Origin: Alphaproteobacteria bacterium
GTDB taxonomy: Bacteria > Pseudomonadota > Alphaproteobacteria > UBA7887
Reading direction: 5' to 3'
DNA length: 64,000 bases
NCBI GenBank assembly: GCA_965216755.1
Contig: CBDCGL010000011.1
Coordinates: 480,001-544,000 of the forward strand
This document shows, piece after piece, positions 28,692 to 39,028 of this stretch. The notes beneath the pieces were generated by a model. The model did no database searches. It was not told where the DNA came from and worked only from the letters and a program-made list of their open reading frames with translations. The position numbers and the translations under genes are program-made. Numbering within the stretch: the stretch's first letter is position 1; the number at the start of each line of letters is the position of its first letter.

Positions 28692-30206
28692 ATGAGTCAG
28701 AAGTCTGATGGTGAGGCGCTATCGGACGATACGTATTGCGAGTCGGCAGAGCAGTTCTTTGAACGACCGGCCCGCACGACGATGGTGCGTTTGTGTGCCG
28801 AAGCTCTGGGGCCGCACCATCTCACCCCTGTTGAATTTCTTCATTCGCCGTTTTATCAGCGTCAGATCTACGGCGGCGGCGATCTGCTCAACGCATTTCA
28901 GAAAACCGCGTTGGCACAGTCCAGCGGCAAGGAGCTGACGCCTCAGGAGCGTCTTAAGCAACTGGTTAGGTTGGCGGACCAAGTTACTGAGAGCGTGAGA
29001 GAAAACGCCGCGGCTTGCCCTCAAATACGATTTAAGGCAGCTGAATTTCCGTCGGTTGTCGCCGATCTGCGCAAGCGTTTGGCGAAGACTCGCCAGCGGT
29101 TCGCGATCATCTACTTGCTTGGGCAGCATCTCGACAACAGCAGCTCTTGGATTACAAAAATCCACAAGGTCGCTTGCTTGTATAGTCCAGATTTAGACCC
29201 ATATGCCGTTGAATGTATTGATGAAATCCTGTCTGAGATCCTTCTGACAAGTGCCGCCTTGACCGAGTTGCTCGGCGTCGAAGGTGGCCTGCAGGATACG
29301 GTGCCGGTCCTGGTTGGGCTTCACGACGCGCCAGGCGCTGAACCTTCCGGTCAAACGAAACAGGCGCCGCGCCCAGCGTTGAGCGATGTGGTGACGCAAG
29401 ATGGGACGCTGGAACATGTCCGTTGGCTCATTGGTACCGGGGCTTTTCCGCTGGGTCGTGCTTCGATTGCGGCGGTGATCCAGCGGGTCGTTGAAGGACC
29501 GCGCCGATTCCGCAAGGAAGAAGACGAATCCGAACTGCTCGCCTTGATGGACGTGTATCAAATGTTCGATGGCGTCTCTGACACTTTGCTTGAGACGGCG
29601 GTCGTCGCCGCTTTCCGCAAACGGGTCGCGTGGGCAGTGAGCGAGACGCACCTGGAGCGCTTGCGCGAAGTCGACACAAGCCCTGCGACGCGGCTCGAAA
29701 AACTGTTGTTTTTCCGCGGCTTGGCGGAGAGCGAATACCAAATCGGCATCGTCGAGACGGAAATCGAAAGGGCCTTTCGCCACAAGGATTTGTATGACGA
29801 AGTGGCAAACCAGGGGACGACCCTGGTCGAGAAGCTAGTTGCATTCGCGCGTCTGTATCGAATCATCGAGGAGACGCCGCTCGATGCATTCCGCAAGCTA
29901 ACAATCCTCGACCATATTTCCGATCTGCAGGGCCGGTTCATACGCGATAACGACTTCTTCCAAAGCCTCACCTGGATCCACCAGGATGTCGTCGAGCGCG
30001 CCATGGCTTTGATCGACCTTTGTGAGCAACGCGCGTTCGTCCAAGGCACCGCCGATCGCGCGGCGCGCCACGTCGTGCGCGAGACGATTGCCGGTAAACT
30101 TTTCAGGACGCTCTATCTGAAGGGCTCGGCGGACGACAAAGAGGCGGCCGAGCGCATGGGGTACTTAAAGACAAAGCTGGAGACCGCCGGATTCCTGGAG
30201 GAATAG
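28692..30206 (+). CDS. Hypothetical protein (~504 aa, predicted alpha-helical)
   Basis: Long ORF with normal composition; no motif recognised. Confidence 0.75.
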   Translation: MSQKSDGEALSDDTYCESAEQFFERPARTTMVRLCAEALGPHHLTPVEFLHSPFYQRQIYGGGDLLNAFQKTALAQSSGKELTPQERLKQLVRLADQVTESVRENAAACPQIRFKAAEFPSVVADLRKRLAKTRQRFAIIYLLGQHLDNSSSWITKIHKVACLYSPDLDPYAVECIDEILSEILLTSAALTELLGVEGGLQDTVPVLVGLHDAPGAEPSGQTKQAPRPALSDVVTQDGTLEHVRWLIGTGAFPLGRASIAAVIQRVVEGPRRFRKEEDESELLALMDVYQMFDGVSDTLLETAVVAAFRKRVAWAVSETHLERLREVDTSPATRLEKLLFFRGLAESEYQIGIVETEIERAFRHKDLYDEVANQGTTLVEKLVAFARLYRIIEETPLDAFRKLTILDHISDLQGRFIRDNDFFQSLTWIHQDVVERAMALIDLCEQRAFVQGTADRAARHVVRETIAGKLFRTLYLKGSADDKEAAERMGYLKTKLETAGFLEE

Positions 30207-30329
30207 GCGGGAGCATGGCCTCGTGAGCGGTTGCTGTGCTTTTCAGTGTTTCTATACTGCACGACCTGACCAAGGCTATGTGGGGCGTGTCGGCACGGCC
30301 GTCCGTTTCAGAAATGCGGGAGTTTTGTT

Positions 30330-31787
30330 ATGCAGCTCAAGGATCAGAGCTTATTTCGCACGCAATGCTACATTGATGGCGTGTGGGTCAACGCCGACTC
30401 CGGCGCGACAATCGAGATCGTAAATCCCGCCGACGGGTCTCTCCTAGGCACCATGCCAAAGATGGGCGGCAGCGAAACCCGCCGCGCAATAGAAGCGGCC
30501 GAGCGTGCGTGGCCAGCCTGGCGCGCCTTGACGGGCAAGGAACGCGGGGCCTTTCTGCGGCGTTGGCACGACCTGATTTTGGAGAATGCCGACGATCTCG
30601 CCATGATCATGACCCTGGAACAGGGCAAGCCGCTGGCGGAAGCCAAGGGCGAGATCATCTATGCGTCTTGGTTTGTCGAGTGGTTCGCCGAAGAAGGCAA
30701 ACGCGCCTATGGCGAAGTGATCCCGCAGACCTTGTCGGATCGCCGGATCGTTGTGATCAAGGAACCTGTCGGCGTAGTCGCGGCCATCACGCCGTGGAAC
30801 TTTCCCGCCGCGATGATCACCCGCAAAGCCGCACCGGGCCTCGCTGCCGGTTGTCCGATCATTATCAAACCGGCCAGCGCCACGCCATTTACCGCAACCG
30901 CGCTGATCGAACTCGCTGAACGGGCCGGTTTCCCAAAGGGCATTATCAGTCTGGTCACCGGATCGGCGAGCGCGATCGGCAAGGAGATGACCGAAAATCC
31001 GATCGTACGCAAGCTGTCATTCACTGGGTCCACCGAAATCGGCAAAGTGCTGATGGCGCAATGCGCCGGAACAGTGAAAAAAGTGTCATTGGAGTTGGGT
31101 GGCAATGCGCCGCTGATCGTTTTCGATGATTGCAACATCGACGAGGCGGTCCGCGGTGCCATGGCGTCCAAATACCGCAACGCCGGCCAGACCTGTGTTT
31201 GTGCCAATCGGATTTTGGTGCAAGACGGTGTCTACGACAAATTCGCCGACGCCTTCGGTACAGAAGTGCGAAAATTGAAAGTGGGTTCGGGCCTCGAAGA
31301 CGGGGTCAGCCAAGGGCCATTGATCGACATGGCGGCGGTCGAGAAGGTCGAGGAACACATCAACGATGCGGTCACCAAAGGCGCTAAGGTGGTCGTAGGT
31401 GGTGGCCGGCATGATCTAGGTGGGCAGTATTTTCAGCCGACAGTGCTCACAGATGTCGATACCCAGATGAAGGTGGCGCGCGAGGAAACTTTCGGGCCCT
31501 TGGCGCCGCTGTTCCGCTTTTCGGATGAGCGCCAAGCGATCGAGATGGCGAACAACACCGAATACGGTCTGGCAGCTTACTTCTTCAGCCGCGATATCGG
31601 CCGAATCTGGCGTGTGGCGGAGGCGCTGGAATACGGCATGGTCGGCATCAACGAGGGTATTATTTCAACAGAGGTTGCGCCATTCGGCGGTGTGAAGGAA
31701 TCAGGCCTGGGCCGCGAGGGTGCGCGGCAAGGCCTGGATGAATTCATGGAAACCAAGTATCTGTGCATGGGTAGTATCACCAGCTAG
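30330..31787 (+). CDS. gabD: NAD(P)-dependent succinate-semialdehyde dehydrogenase
   Basis: AITPWNFP, SFTGSTEIG, LELGGNAP, RNAGQTCVC, EETFGP. Confidence 0.95.
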   Translation: MQLKDQSLFRTQCYIDGVWVNADSGATIEIVNPADGSLLGTMPKMGGSETRRAIEAAERAWPAWRALTGKERGAFLRRWHDLILENADDLAMIMTLEQGKPLAEAKGEIIYASWFVEWFAEEGKRAYGEVIPQTLSDRRIVVIKEPVGVVAAITPWNFPAAMITRKAAPGLAAGCPIIIKPASATPFTATALIELAERAGFPKGIISLVTGSASAIGKEMTENPIVRKLSFTGSTEIGKVLMAQCAGTVKKVSLELGGNAPLIVFDDCNIDEAVRGAMASKYRNAGQTCVCANRILVQDGVYDKFADAFGTEVRKLKVGSGLEDGVSQGPLIDMAAVEKVEEHINDAVTKGAKVVVGGGRHDLGGQYFQPTVLTDVDTQMKVAREETFGPLAPLFRFSDERQAIEMANNTEYGLAAYFFSRDIGRIWRVAEALEYGMVGINEGIISTEVAPFGGVKESGLGREGARQGLDEFMETKYLCMGSITS

Positions 31788-31834
31788 GGATCAGACCACG
31801 CCACGACGCGGCTGGATTCGACGGAAGACCGACC

Positions 31835-33202
31835 TTGTACGATTACGACCTGTTTACGATTGGCGCCGGATCCGGTGGTGTCGCCGCAACCCGGCGCGCC
31901 GGCGGCTATGGTGCGCGTGCGGCAATTTGCGAGGACATGCGGGTCGGTGGTACCTGCGTGTTGCGCGGCTGCATACCGAAGAAACTGTTGGTCTATGCTG
32001 CCCACATGCAGGAGGAGATCCGCGATTCCGCGGCGTTCGGCTGGACCATTCCCGCGCCGGCGTTTGATTGGTCGAAACTGATCGCCAACAAAGACGCCGA
32101 ACTCGATCGCTTGAACGGCATCTATGAGCAGATGCTGGCGAACGCAAATGTCGACCTGCTGATGGGACGCGGCCGCCTGTTGGACCCACATACCGTCCGC
32201 ATCGACGGCCCGGATGGCAGCCGCGATGTGACTGCCGAGACAATCCTGATTGCAACCGGCGGGTGGCCCGAACTACCGCAGTTGCCAGGCATCGAGCATG
32301 CCATTTCGTCGAATGAGGCACTCGACTTGGCACATTTGCCCGAACGAATCGTGATTGTCGGTGGCGGCTACATCGCGGTTGAGTTTGCCGGTATCTTTCA
32401 TCACCTGGGCGTTGATGTGACGGTTGTCATCCGGCGCGATTTGTTGCTGCGTGGTTTCGACCACGATGTGCGGGTCCACTTGCAGGCGGAGCTTGTACGC
32501 CAAGGCATTGACGTGAAACAGGCCTGCAAAATCACGGCGATCCGCCGCCAGGGCGATGTTCTCGTCTTTGACAACACCGACGGTGTGCATTTGGAAGCGG
32601 ATGCGGTTTTGTTCGCCACCGGCCGCGCGCCACGGACAAGCAATATGGGGTTGGAAGCGGCAGGTGTTGCCGTGCGCGATACCGGTGCAATTGTGGTCGA
32701 TGCGCGGTCCCGTACGACGGTGGAGAATATCTACGCCGTGGGCGATTGCACCGATCGGGTCAATCTGACCCCGGTGGCGATTGCCGAAGGTCGAGCGCTG
32801 GTCGAAACGCTGTATAACGACAATTCACAGATTTTCGACTATGACAATATCCCGTCTGCCGTTTTCAGCCAGCCGCCGATCGGGCAGGTTGGCTTGACCG
32901 AGGAGCAAGCGCGCCTAAGATACGAGAATATTTCGATTTATCGGGCAGCGTTTCGACCGCTCAAGAATACTATCAGTGGCAATAAGGGACGCGTCTTGAT
33001 GAAGATGGTCGTCGATGCCGATGGCGACCGCGTTCTTGGCTGCCATATGGTTGGAAACGACGCGCCGGAGATCATTCAGGGGATCGCGGTCGCCCTGAAA
33101 AGTGGTGCGACAAAGGCCGATTTCGATGAAACCATCGGCATACATCCGACGGCCGCCGAGGAATTTGTCACAATGTACCAGGCTGACGAAGCGGCGGAGT
33201 AG
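31835..33202 (+). CDS. gor: Glutathione-disulfide reductase
   Basis: GAGSGG, GGTCVLRGCIPKK, GGGYIAVEF, IHPTAAEEFV; TTG start is uncertain. Confidence 0.95.
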   Translation: MYDYDLFTIGAGSGGVAATRRAGGYGARAAICEDMRVGGTCVLRGCIPKKLLVYAAHMQEEIRDSAAFGWTIPAPAFDWSKLIANKDAELDRLNGIYEQMLANANVDLLMGRGRLLDPHTVRIDGPDGSRDVTAETILIATGGWPELPQLPGIEHAISSNEALDLAHLPERIVIVGGGYIAVEFAGIFHHLGVDVTVVIRRDLLLRGFDHDVRVHLQAELVRQGIDVKQACKITAIRRQGDVLVFDNTDGVHLEADAVLFATGRAPRTSNMGLEAAGVAVRDTGAIVVDARSRTTVENIYAVGDCTDRVNLTPVAIAEGRALVETLYNDNSQIFDYDNIPSAVFSQPPIGQVGLTEEQARLRYENISIYRAAFRPLKNTISGNKGRVLMKMVVDADGDRVLGCHMVGNDAPEIIQGIAVALKSGATKADFDETIGIHPTAAEEFVTMYQADEAAE

Positions 33203-33289
33203 GCGAGCGGTCGCCCATCTTCGATGTTGGCAAATCCTTCATTGGCGCATTATACGTGTGCCATATCGGCATGATGTGTGCCGGAGGAC

Positions 33290-34672
33290 ATGATGAACGA
33301 TAGCTGGACCCCAGAAAGTTGGCGTGGTCTGCCGATCCGCCAACAGCCGACCTATGAAGACCTGACGCGTCAGGTGGATGTCGAACAACGACTACGCAGC
33401 TACCCCCCCTTGGTATTTGCCGGCGAAGCGCGTCAACTGCGCGCCGAACTTGCAGAAGTGGCGGCGGGCAACGCGTTCTTATTGCAGGGTGGCGATTGCG
33501 CCGAGAGCTTCGCTGAGTTCCATCCCGACAACATACGCGACATGTTCCGTGTGCTGTTGCAAATGGCGATTGTGCTGACCTATGGCGCGGCCATGCCCGT
33601 GGTCAAAGTGGGCCGCATGGCCGGTCAGTTTGCCAAACCGCGCTCGGCCGATACCGAGCAGCAAGGCGAAATCTCACTACCCAGCTATCGCGGTGATATC
33701 GTCAATCACATCGATTTTTCCGCCGCAGCGCGTCGGCCAGACGCCGAAAGGATGGTACAAGCCTACGCCCAATCGGCTGCGACCTTGAACTTGTTGCGCG
33801 CGTTTTCCCAGGGTGGCTACGCAGATTTGCATCAGGTGCACCGATGGAATCTCGACTTTGTTGCCAGTAGTCCCCAGGGCGCCCGCTACCGTGATTTGGC
33901 GGATCGATTGAGCGAATGTTTGGCGTTCATGGAAGCGTGCGGACTGACCGCCGAGACCGTGCCGCAAATCCGGCAGACCAGCTTCTACACTAGCCATGAA
34001 GCGTTGCTACTGGGGTATGAAGAAGCGCTGACGCGGATCGATAGTACATCTGGCGATTGGTATGACTGCTCCGCGCACATGTTGTGGATTGGCGACCGGA
34101 CGCGCGATCTCGAGGAAGCTCACGTCGAATTCTTGAGTGGCGTCGGCAATCCGATTGGCGTCAAAGTCGGTCCGACGACCACGGAGGACGACCTGATCCG
34201 GCTGATCGATGTACTCAATCCGACCGATGAACCGGGGCGCCTGACGCTGATCGCGCGCATGGGCAGCGACAAGGTCGGCACTTTGTTGCCGCCTCTGGTG
34301 CGCCGGGTACGAAACGAGGGCCGCTCCGTTGTTTGGTCATGCGACCCCATGCATGGCAACACGGTCAAGTCGCATAGTGGCTACAAGACACGCCCATTCG
34401 ATCGGATCTTGATGGAAACGCGCGGCTTTTTCGCGGTGCATGAAGCTGAGGGAACTTACGCCGGTGGCGTGCATTTCGAGATGACCGGCCAAGATGTGAC
34501 CGAGTGTATCGGCGGGGCGCAAGCGATTACCGAGGATGCCTTATCGGCCCGCTATCACACGCATTGTGACCCGCGCCTTAATGCGTCCCAAAGCTTGGAA
34601 TTGGCCTTCCTGATCGCGGAAGCGTTGAAATCCGCGTGCGTAGGCCAGCACCAGACCGCTGCCGCGTCGTAA
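33290..34672 (+). CDS. Class II 3-deoxy-7-phosphoheptulonate (DAHP) synthase
   Basis: W...[41 protein letters not shown]. Confidence 0.96.
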   Translation: MMNDSWTPESWRGLPIRQQPTYEDLTRQVDVEQRLRSYPPLVFAGEARQLRAELAEVAAGNAFLLQGGDCAESFAEFHPDNIRDMFRVLLQMAIVLTYGAAMPVVKVGRMAGQFAKPRSADTEQQGEISLPSYRGDIVNHIDFSAAARRPDAERMVQAYAQSAATLNLLRAFSQGGYADLHQVHRWNLDFVASSPQGARYRDLADRLSECLAFMEACGLTAETVPQIRQTSFYTSHEALLLGYEEALTRIDSTSGDWYDCSAHMLWIGDRTRDLEEAHVEFLSGVGNPIGVKVGPTTTEDDLIRLIDVLNPTDEPGRLTLIARMGSDKVGTLLPPLVRRVRNEGRSVVWSCDPMHGNTVKSHSGYKTRPFDRILMETRGFFAVHEAEGTYAGGVHFEMTGQDVTECIGGAQAITEDALSARYHTHCDPRLNASQSLELAFLIAEALKSACVGQHQTAAAS

Positions 34673-34797
34673 CCAGCTGATGCCAAGGAATCCGGAGTTG
34701 CAAGCGCCCGTGTCTTGCGCCGCCGGCCGAGCTCGTCGCCCCCGTTTGGCCGTGTCTTGGTGGCGGTTTCGTGTGACATCAAAGCTCGCGAATCGTC

Positions 34798-35925
34798 ATG
34801 TCTGCGTTTGAAGACTTTGTCGCGAGACAAACCGACCACTACTTCAAGCGGACCCGCCAAATTGTTGAACAATATGGTGATCGCCGTGTCACCTATGCCG
34901 TGTTCATGCGTCGGCCGGTGATGTTTTGCCCGAGACTGGCGGTGGCCTGGCTCGAAGAAGCCTCGCGTGCGCGAGATGCGTCGTTTGAAATAGAGCCCCA
35001 GTTTGACGAGGGCGCTTGGGTCGGCGCAGGTGAGCCACTTATATACGTTTCCGGGCCATTGGTTCATTTGGCCGATCTGGAAACCATCTATTTGCAACGG
35101 ATAGGGGCACCGAGCGTCGCAGCCTACAATGCTTATGCGATGTGTGTCGATTTGCCAAATGTTGCTTTTCTGGCCATGGATGCACGCCATTGCGCCGGCG
35201 CCGAAATGGCCGAGATGATGGCCTATGGAGCCAGCGTCGGCTCGCGTAAGGCGCAACAAGATGCTGGCGCAAAGGGATTTATCGGCTCCGCGAATGACGC
35301 CACTGCGCGCTATTTCGGCCGTGACCGTGGCCTTGGCACCATGCCCCATGCCTTGATCGGCTACGCCGGTTCGACAGTGCGCGCGGCCGAAATGTTCCAC
35401 GACACTTTTCCCGACGACCCATTGACCGTCTTGGTCGATTATTTCGGCCGCGAGGTCAGCGATAGTTTGGAGGTTTGCCGTCGGTTTCCGGATCTAGCCA
35501 CGGCTGGTACACTGGCGGTTCGGGTTGACACCCATGGTGGCCGGTTCATCGAGGGCTTGGATACCGCGCAATCTTACGCGGTTCTGGAAACCCACGCGCC
35601 CGAGGTCCTGCGCACCTATCGCAGCGAAACCGAATTGCGCTGGCTGGTGGGTACCGGCGTCACGGCGGCCGCGATATGGTATCTGCGCGACGCTCTTGAT
35701 CGCGCCGGGTTCGACAAAGTGAAGATTGTCGCCAGTTCCGGTTTCAGTCCGGCCAAATGCAAGTTGATGGCCAGTGTCGCCGCACCCATCGATATTGTCG
35801 GGACGGGATCTTATTTGCCCGAAAAATGGTCCGAGACCTATGCCACGGCTGACATCGTCGCCTATGACGACGAGCCCATGGTCAAGGTCGGGCGCGAATT
35901 TCTGCTGCGTAAACCATCGTCATGA
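34798..35925 (+). CDS. pncB: Nicotinate phosphoribosyltransferase (short NAPRTase/QAPRTase-fold form)
   Basis: TD.YF, MDARH, GTMPHAL, VRVDT, IVASSGF, G.GS; translationally coupled to nadE. Confidence 0.78.
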   Translation: MSAFEDFVARQTDHYFKRTRQIVEQYGDRRVTYAVFMRRPVMFCPRLAVAWLEEASRARDASFEIEPQFDEGAWVGAGEPLIYVSGPLVHLADLETIYLQRIGAPSVAAYNAYAMCVDLPNVAFLAMDARHCAGAEMAEMMAYGASVGSRKAQQDAGAKGFIGSANDATARYFGRDRGLGTMPHALIGYAGSTVRAAEMFHDTFPDDPLTVLVDYFGREVSDSLEVCRRFPDLATAGTLAVRVDTHGGRFIEGLDTAQSYAVLETHAPEVLRTYRSETELRWLVGTGVTAAAIWYLRDALDRAGFDKVKIVASSGFSPAKCKLMASVAAPIDIVGTGSYLPEKWSETYATADIVAYDDEPMVKVGREFLLRKPSS

Positions 35926-37586
35926 GCAAGCTTCTGCGCGTCGCGCTTGGCCAGGTCAACCCGACCGTTGGTGATATTCCGCGCAATGTCGCGCTGATTC
36001 GCAAGGCGCGCGCGGTGGCGGCCAAAGATGGCGCCGACTTGCTGGTGTTTCCAGAGCTGGTCCTGACCGGCTACCCGCCGGAGGACCTGGTTCTTAGGCC
36101 AGTGTTTCAGGAAACCGCTGAGGGCGCGGTCCAGGATTTGGCGGCCGACACCGCCGACGGTGGCCCGGCGCTATTAATTGGCAGCCCGTGGCGCGACAAT
36201 GGCAAACTCTACAACTCTGCCATATTGCTGGACGGCGGCAAGATAGTAGCGCGGCGCGACAAGGTGCTGCTCCCGAACTACGGCGTGTTCGACGAACAGC
36301 GCTTGTTTGCTACGGGCGACTTATCCGGCCCAATCGCGTTTCGCGACGTGCGGCTTGGCGTGCTGGTTTGCGAGGATATGTGGGGCCCGGATGTGGCGGA
36401 GACGCTCCAAGAAAGTGGCGCCCAAATCTTACTCGTGATGAACGGCTCGCCATTTGAACTCGACAAGGACGATGTGCGTTTGAACCACGCGGTGGCCAGG
36501 ATCACCGAGACTGGCTTGCCGTTGGCCTATGTCAACCAGGTCGGCGGTCAAGACGAGTTGGCGTTCGATGGCAGCTCATTCGTCCTGGCCAAGGACTGCC
36601 GGCGCGTTGTGCAGGCGTCGTCGTGGCGTGAGCAAGTTCTGACCACCGAATGGCAGCGCGACGCCGATGATTCGTGGGCTTGTACCACGGCCGTGACCGC
36701 GGCCGAACCGAGCCGATTTGAATCGATTTACCACGCCATGGTGATCGGTCTACGCGACTATGTCGGCAAGAACGGCTTTCCTGGTGTGATTGTCGGCCTA
36801 TCGGGTGGAATTGATTCGGCGCTATCGGCAGCGGTTGCTGCCGACGCGTTGGGGCCTGAAAACGTCTGGTGTGTGCGGATGCCGTCGCGGTTTTCATCGC
36901 AGCACAGCTTGGATGACGCGGCTGAATGCGCGCGACTTCTGGGTGTGCGCTGCGACACCGTGCCGATCGGGGCCGCACATGACGCTTTCGAAGGCATGCT
37001 TGGCGATCTGTTTGCTGGCCAAGAACCGGATGAAGCGGAGGAGAATATTCAGGCGCGTGCGCGGGGCATCGTGCTGATGGCTTTGTCAAACAAATTCGGT
37101 GAGATGGTCTTGACGACCGGCAACAAGTCCGAAATGTCGGTCGGATACGCAACGCTCTATGGGGACATGTGTGGCGGATTTTCGGTCCTGAAAGACGTTT
37201 ACAAGAGTACCGTGTTTGCGCTTTCAAGGTGGCGCAATCAGCATCATACCGACGATTTGCTGGGGCCGAAAGGGCGCGTGATCCCAGAAAACATCATTAC
37301 CAAGCCGCCATCCGCGGAACTGCGACCCGATCAGACCGATCAAGACAGCCTGCCGCCCTACGATATCCTCGACGATATTCTGAACGGCTTGGTCGAGAAG
37401 GAACTGTCGATTGACGATCTGGTCGCCCATGGTCACGATCGGGCAATTGTGCGACGGGTGCGTCGCTTGCTGTATCGCGCCGAATATAAGCGGCGGCAAG
37501 CGCCACCGGGCGTCAAGATTACACGCCGGGCCTTTGGTCGCGACCGGCGATATCCGATCACGAATGGGTTCTTGGGTGTCGAGTAG
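35922..37586 (+). CDS. nadE: Glutamine-dependent NAD+ synthetase
   Basis: Nitrilase domain (FPEL..GYPPEDL, LPNYGVFDE, CEDMW) plus GLSGGIDS, ENIQAR, TGNKSE, PSAEL. Confidence 0.97.
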   Translation: MSKLLRVALGQVNPTVGDIPRNVALIRKARAVAAKDGADLLVFPELVLTGYPPEDLVLRPVFQETAEGAVQDLAADTADGGPALLIGSPWRDNGKLYNSAILLDGGKIVARRDKVLLPNYGVFDEQRLFATGDLSGPIAFRDVRLGVLVCEDMWGPDVAETLQESGAQILLVMNGSPFELDKDDVRLNHAVARITETGLPLAYVNQVGGQDELAFDGSSFVLAKDCRRVVQASSWREQVLTTEWQRDADDSWACTTAVTAAEPSRFESIYHAMVIGLRDYVGKNGFPGVIVGLSGGIDSALSAAVAADALGPENVWCVRMPSRFSSQHSLDDAAECARLLGVRCDTVPIGAAHDAFEGMLGDLFAGQEPDEAEENIQARARGIVLMALSNKFGEMVLTTGNKSEMSVGYATLYGDMCGGFSVLKDVYKSTVFALSRWRNQHHTDDLLGPKGRVIPENIITKPPSAELRPDQTDQDSLPPYDILDDILNGLVEKELSIDDLVAHGHDRAIVRRVRRLLYRAEYKRRQAPPGVKITRRAFGRDRRYPITNGFLGVE

Positions 37587-37624
37587 GAAAAAGATGTGTC
37601 ACAATTGATTAGTTCACCTAGGAA

Positions 37625-38998
37625 ATGAATATACAGCTCTACAATACGGCTAGCCGCCAGAAAGAAATATTCGAGCCTTTGGATCCGGCACATGTACGCA
37701 TGTATGTGTGTGGGCCAACAGTCTATGACCGCGCGCATATCGGCAACGCGCGGCCTGTCATCGTGTTCGATGTATTGTACCAGCTGTTGAAACGGCACTA
37801 CGACAACGTGACCTATGTGCGCAACATCACGGACGTCGATGACAAGATCATGGAAACGGCGCGCGAAAACGATGAGCCTATTGGAGCGCTCACCGCGCGC
37901 ACGATCGAGATGTTTCACACCGACATGGCCGCGCTCAATACGGCGCCCCCGGATGTTGAGCCGCGGGCAACGGCGCATATCAATGAGATGATCGAACTCA
38001 TCGGCGTCTTGATTGAAAAAGGGCATGCTTATGCCGCGCAGGGCTGCGTGCTTTTTCACGTTCCGAGTATGCCCGACTATGGAAAACTGTCCGGGCGAAA
38101 TCGGGAAGAAATGATCGCGGGTGCGCGCGTCGAAGTCGCACCCTACAAGAAAGACCCGGCCGATTTTGTCCTTTGGAAGCCGTCCGACACTGATCAACCG
38201 GGGTGGGAAGCTCCCTGGGGTCGCGGCCGGCCGGGCTGGCATATTGAGTGCTCGGCGATGAGTGCGGCGCATCTCGGAGAAGAGTTCGACATTCACGGCG
38301 GTGGCCGGGATCTGATCTTTCCACACCACGAGAATGAGATGGCGCAAAGTGAGTGCGCGCACGACGGCCAGCAATTTGCGCGCTATTGGGTGCACAATGG
38401 CTATGTGACCGTGAACGGCGAGAAGATGTCGAAGTCGTTGGGCAATTTCTTCACCGTCCATGACCTTTTGGACCAGGCACCAGGGGAGGCGATCCGGTTC
38501 CTGATGCTGAAGACCCACTATCGCCACCCGCTTGATTGGAGTCTGCAGGCCTTGGTCGATGCCAAGGCGGAATTGGATCGACTCTACCTCGCGCTGCGCC
38601 ATGGTGTCGGCAACCAAATCGGCGACACCAGCGCCGTCGAAGCGGCATTGTGCGACGATCTCAATACGCCGCTGGCATTGAGTGCTCTTCACGCTTTGGC
38701 GGGCGACGTGAACAGGGCTGGTGGCGATAGCGCCCGCGCCGCGGCGGCCGCGACCCTGCGCGCCGCCGGTGCGTTGTTGGGTTTGCTGCAGCAGGACCCC
38801 GAGAATTGGCTCAAGGGCGCCGCGGATCGGACAGGCGATGAAGACGCCGCCGAAATCGAAGCGCTGATCGCGCAACGGGCCGCGGCGCGCAAGGCGCGCG
38901 ACTTTGCTGGCGCCGATCGAATCCGCGACTCGCTTGCGGCGCGGGGCATCGTCCTAGAGGATGGGGCCGGCGGGACCACCTGGCGCCGCGGCGGATAA
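37625..38998 (+). CDS. cysS: Cysteine--tRNA ligase
   Basis: YVCGPTVY..HIGN, GRPGWHIECS, FPHHENE, KMSKS. Confidence 0.98.
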   Translation: MNIQLYNTASRQKEIFEPLDPAHVRMYVCGPTVYDRAHIGNARPVIVFDVLYQLLKRHYDNVTYVRNITDVDDKIMETARENDEPIGALTARTIEMFHTDMAALNTAPPDVEPRATAHINEMIELIGVLIEKGHAYAAQGCVLFHVPSMPDYGKLSGRNREEMIAGARVEVAPYKKDPADFVLWKPSDTDQPGWEAPWGRGRPGWHIECSAMSAAHLGEEFDIHGGGRDLIFPHHENEMAQSECAHDGQQFARYWVHNGYVTVNGEKMSKSLGNFFTVHDLLDQAPGEAIRFLMLKTHYRHPLDWSLQALVDAKAELDRLYLALRHGVGNQIGDTSAVEAALCDDLNTPLALSALHALAGDVNRAGGDSARAAAAATLRAAGALLGLLQQDPENWLKGAADRTGDEDAAEIEALIAQRAAARKARDFAGADRIRDSLAARGIVLEDGAGGTTWRRGG

Positions 38999-39028
38999 GA
39001 CAAGCGTTTCGAAAGGCGCGAGCAGATC

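Noticed and set aside
37433-38875. 480-aa minus-strand ORF
   Set aside because: Antisense to cysS; no motifs.
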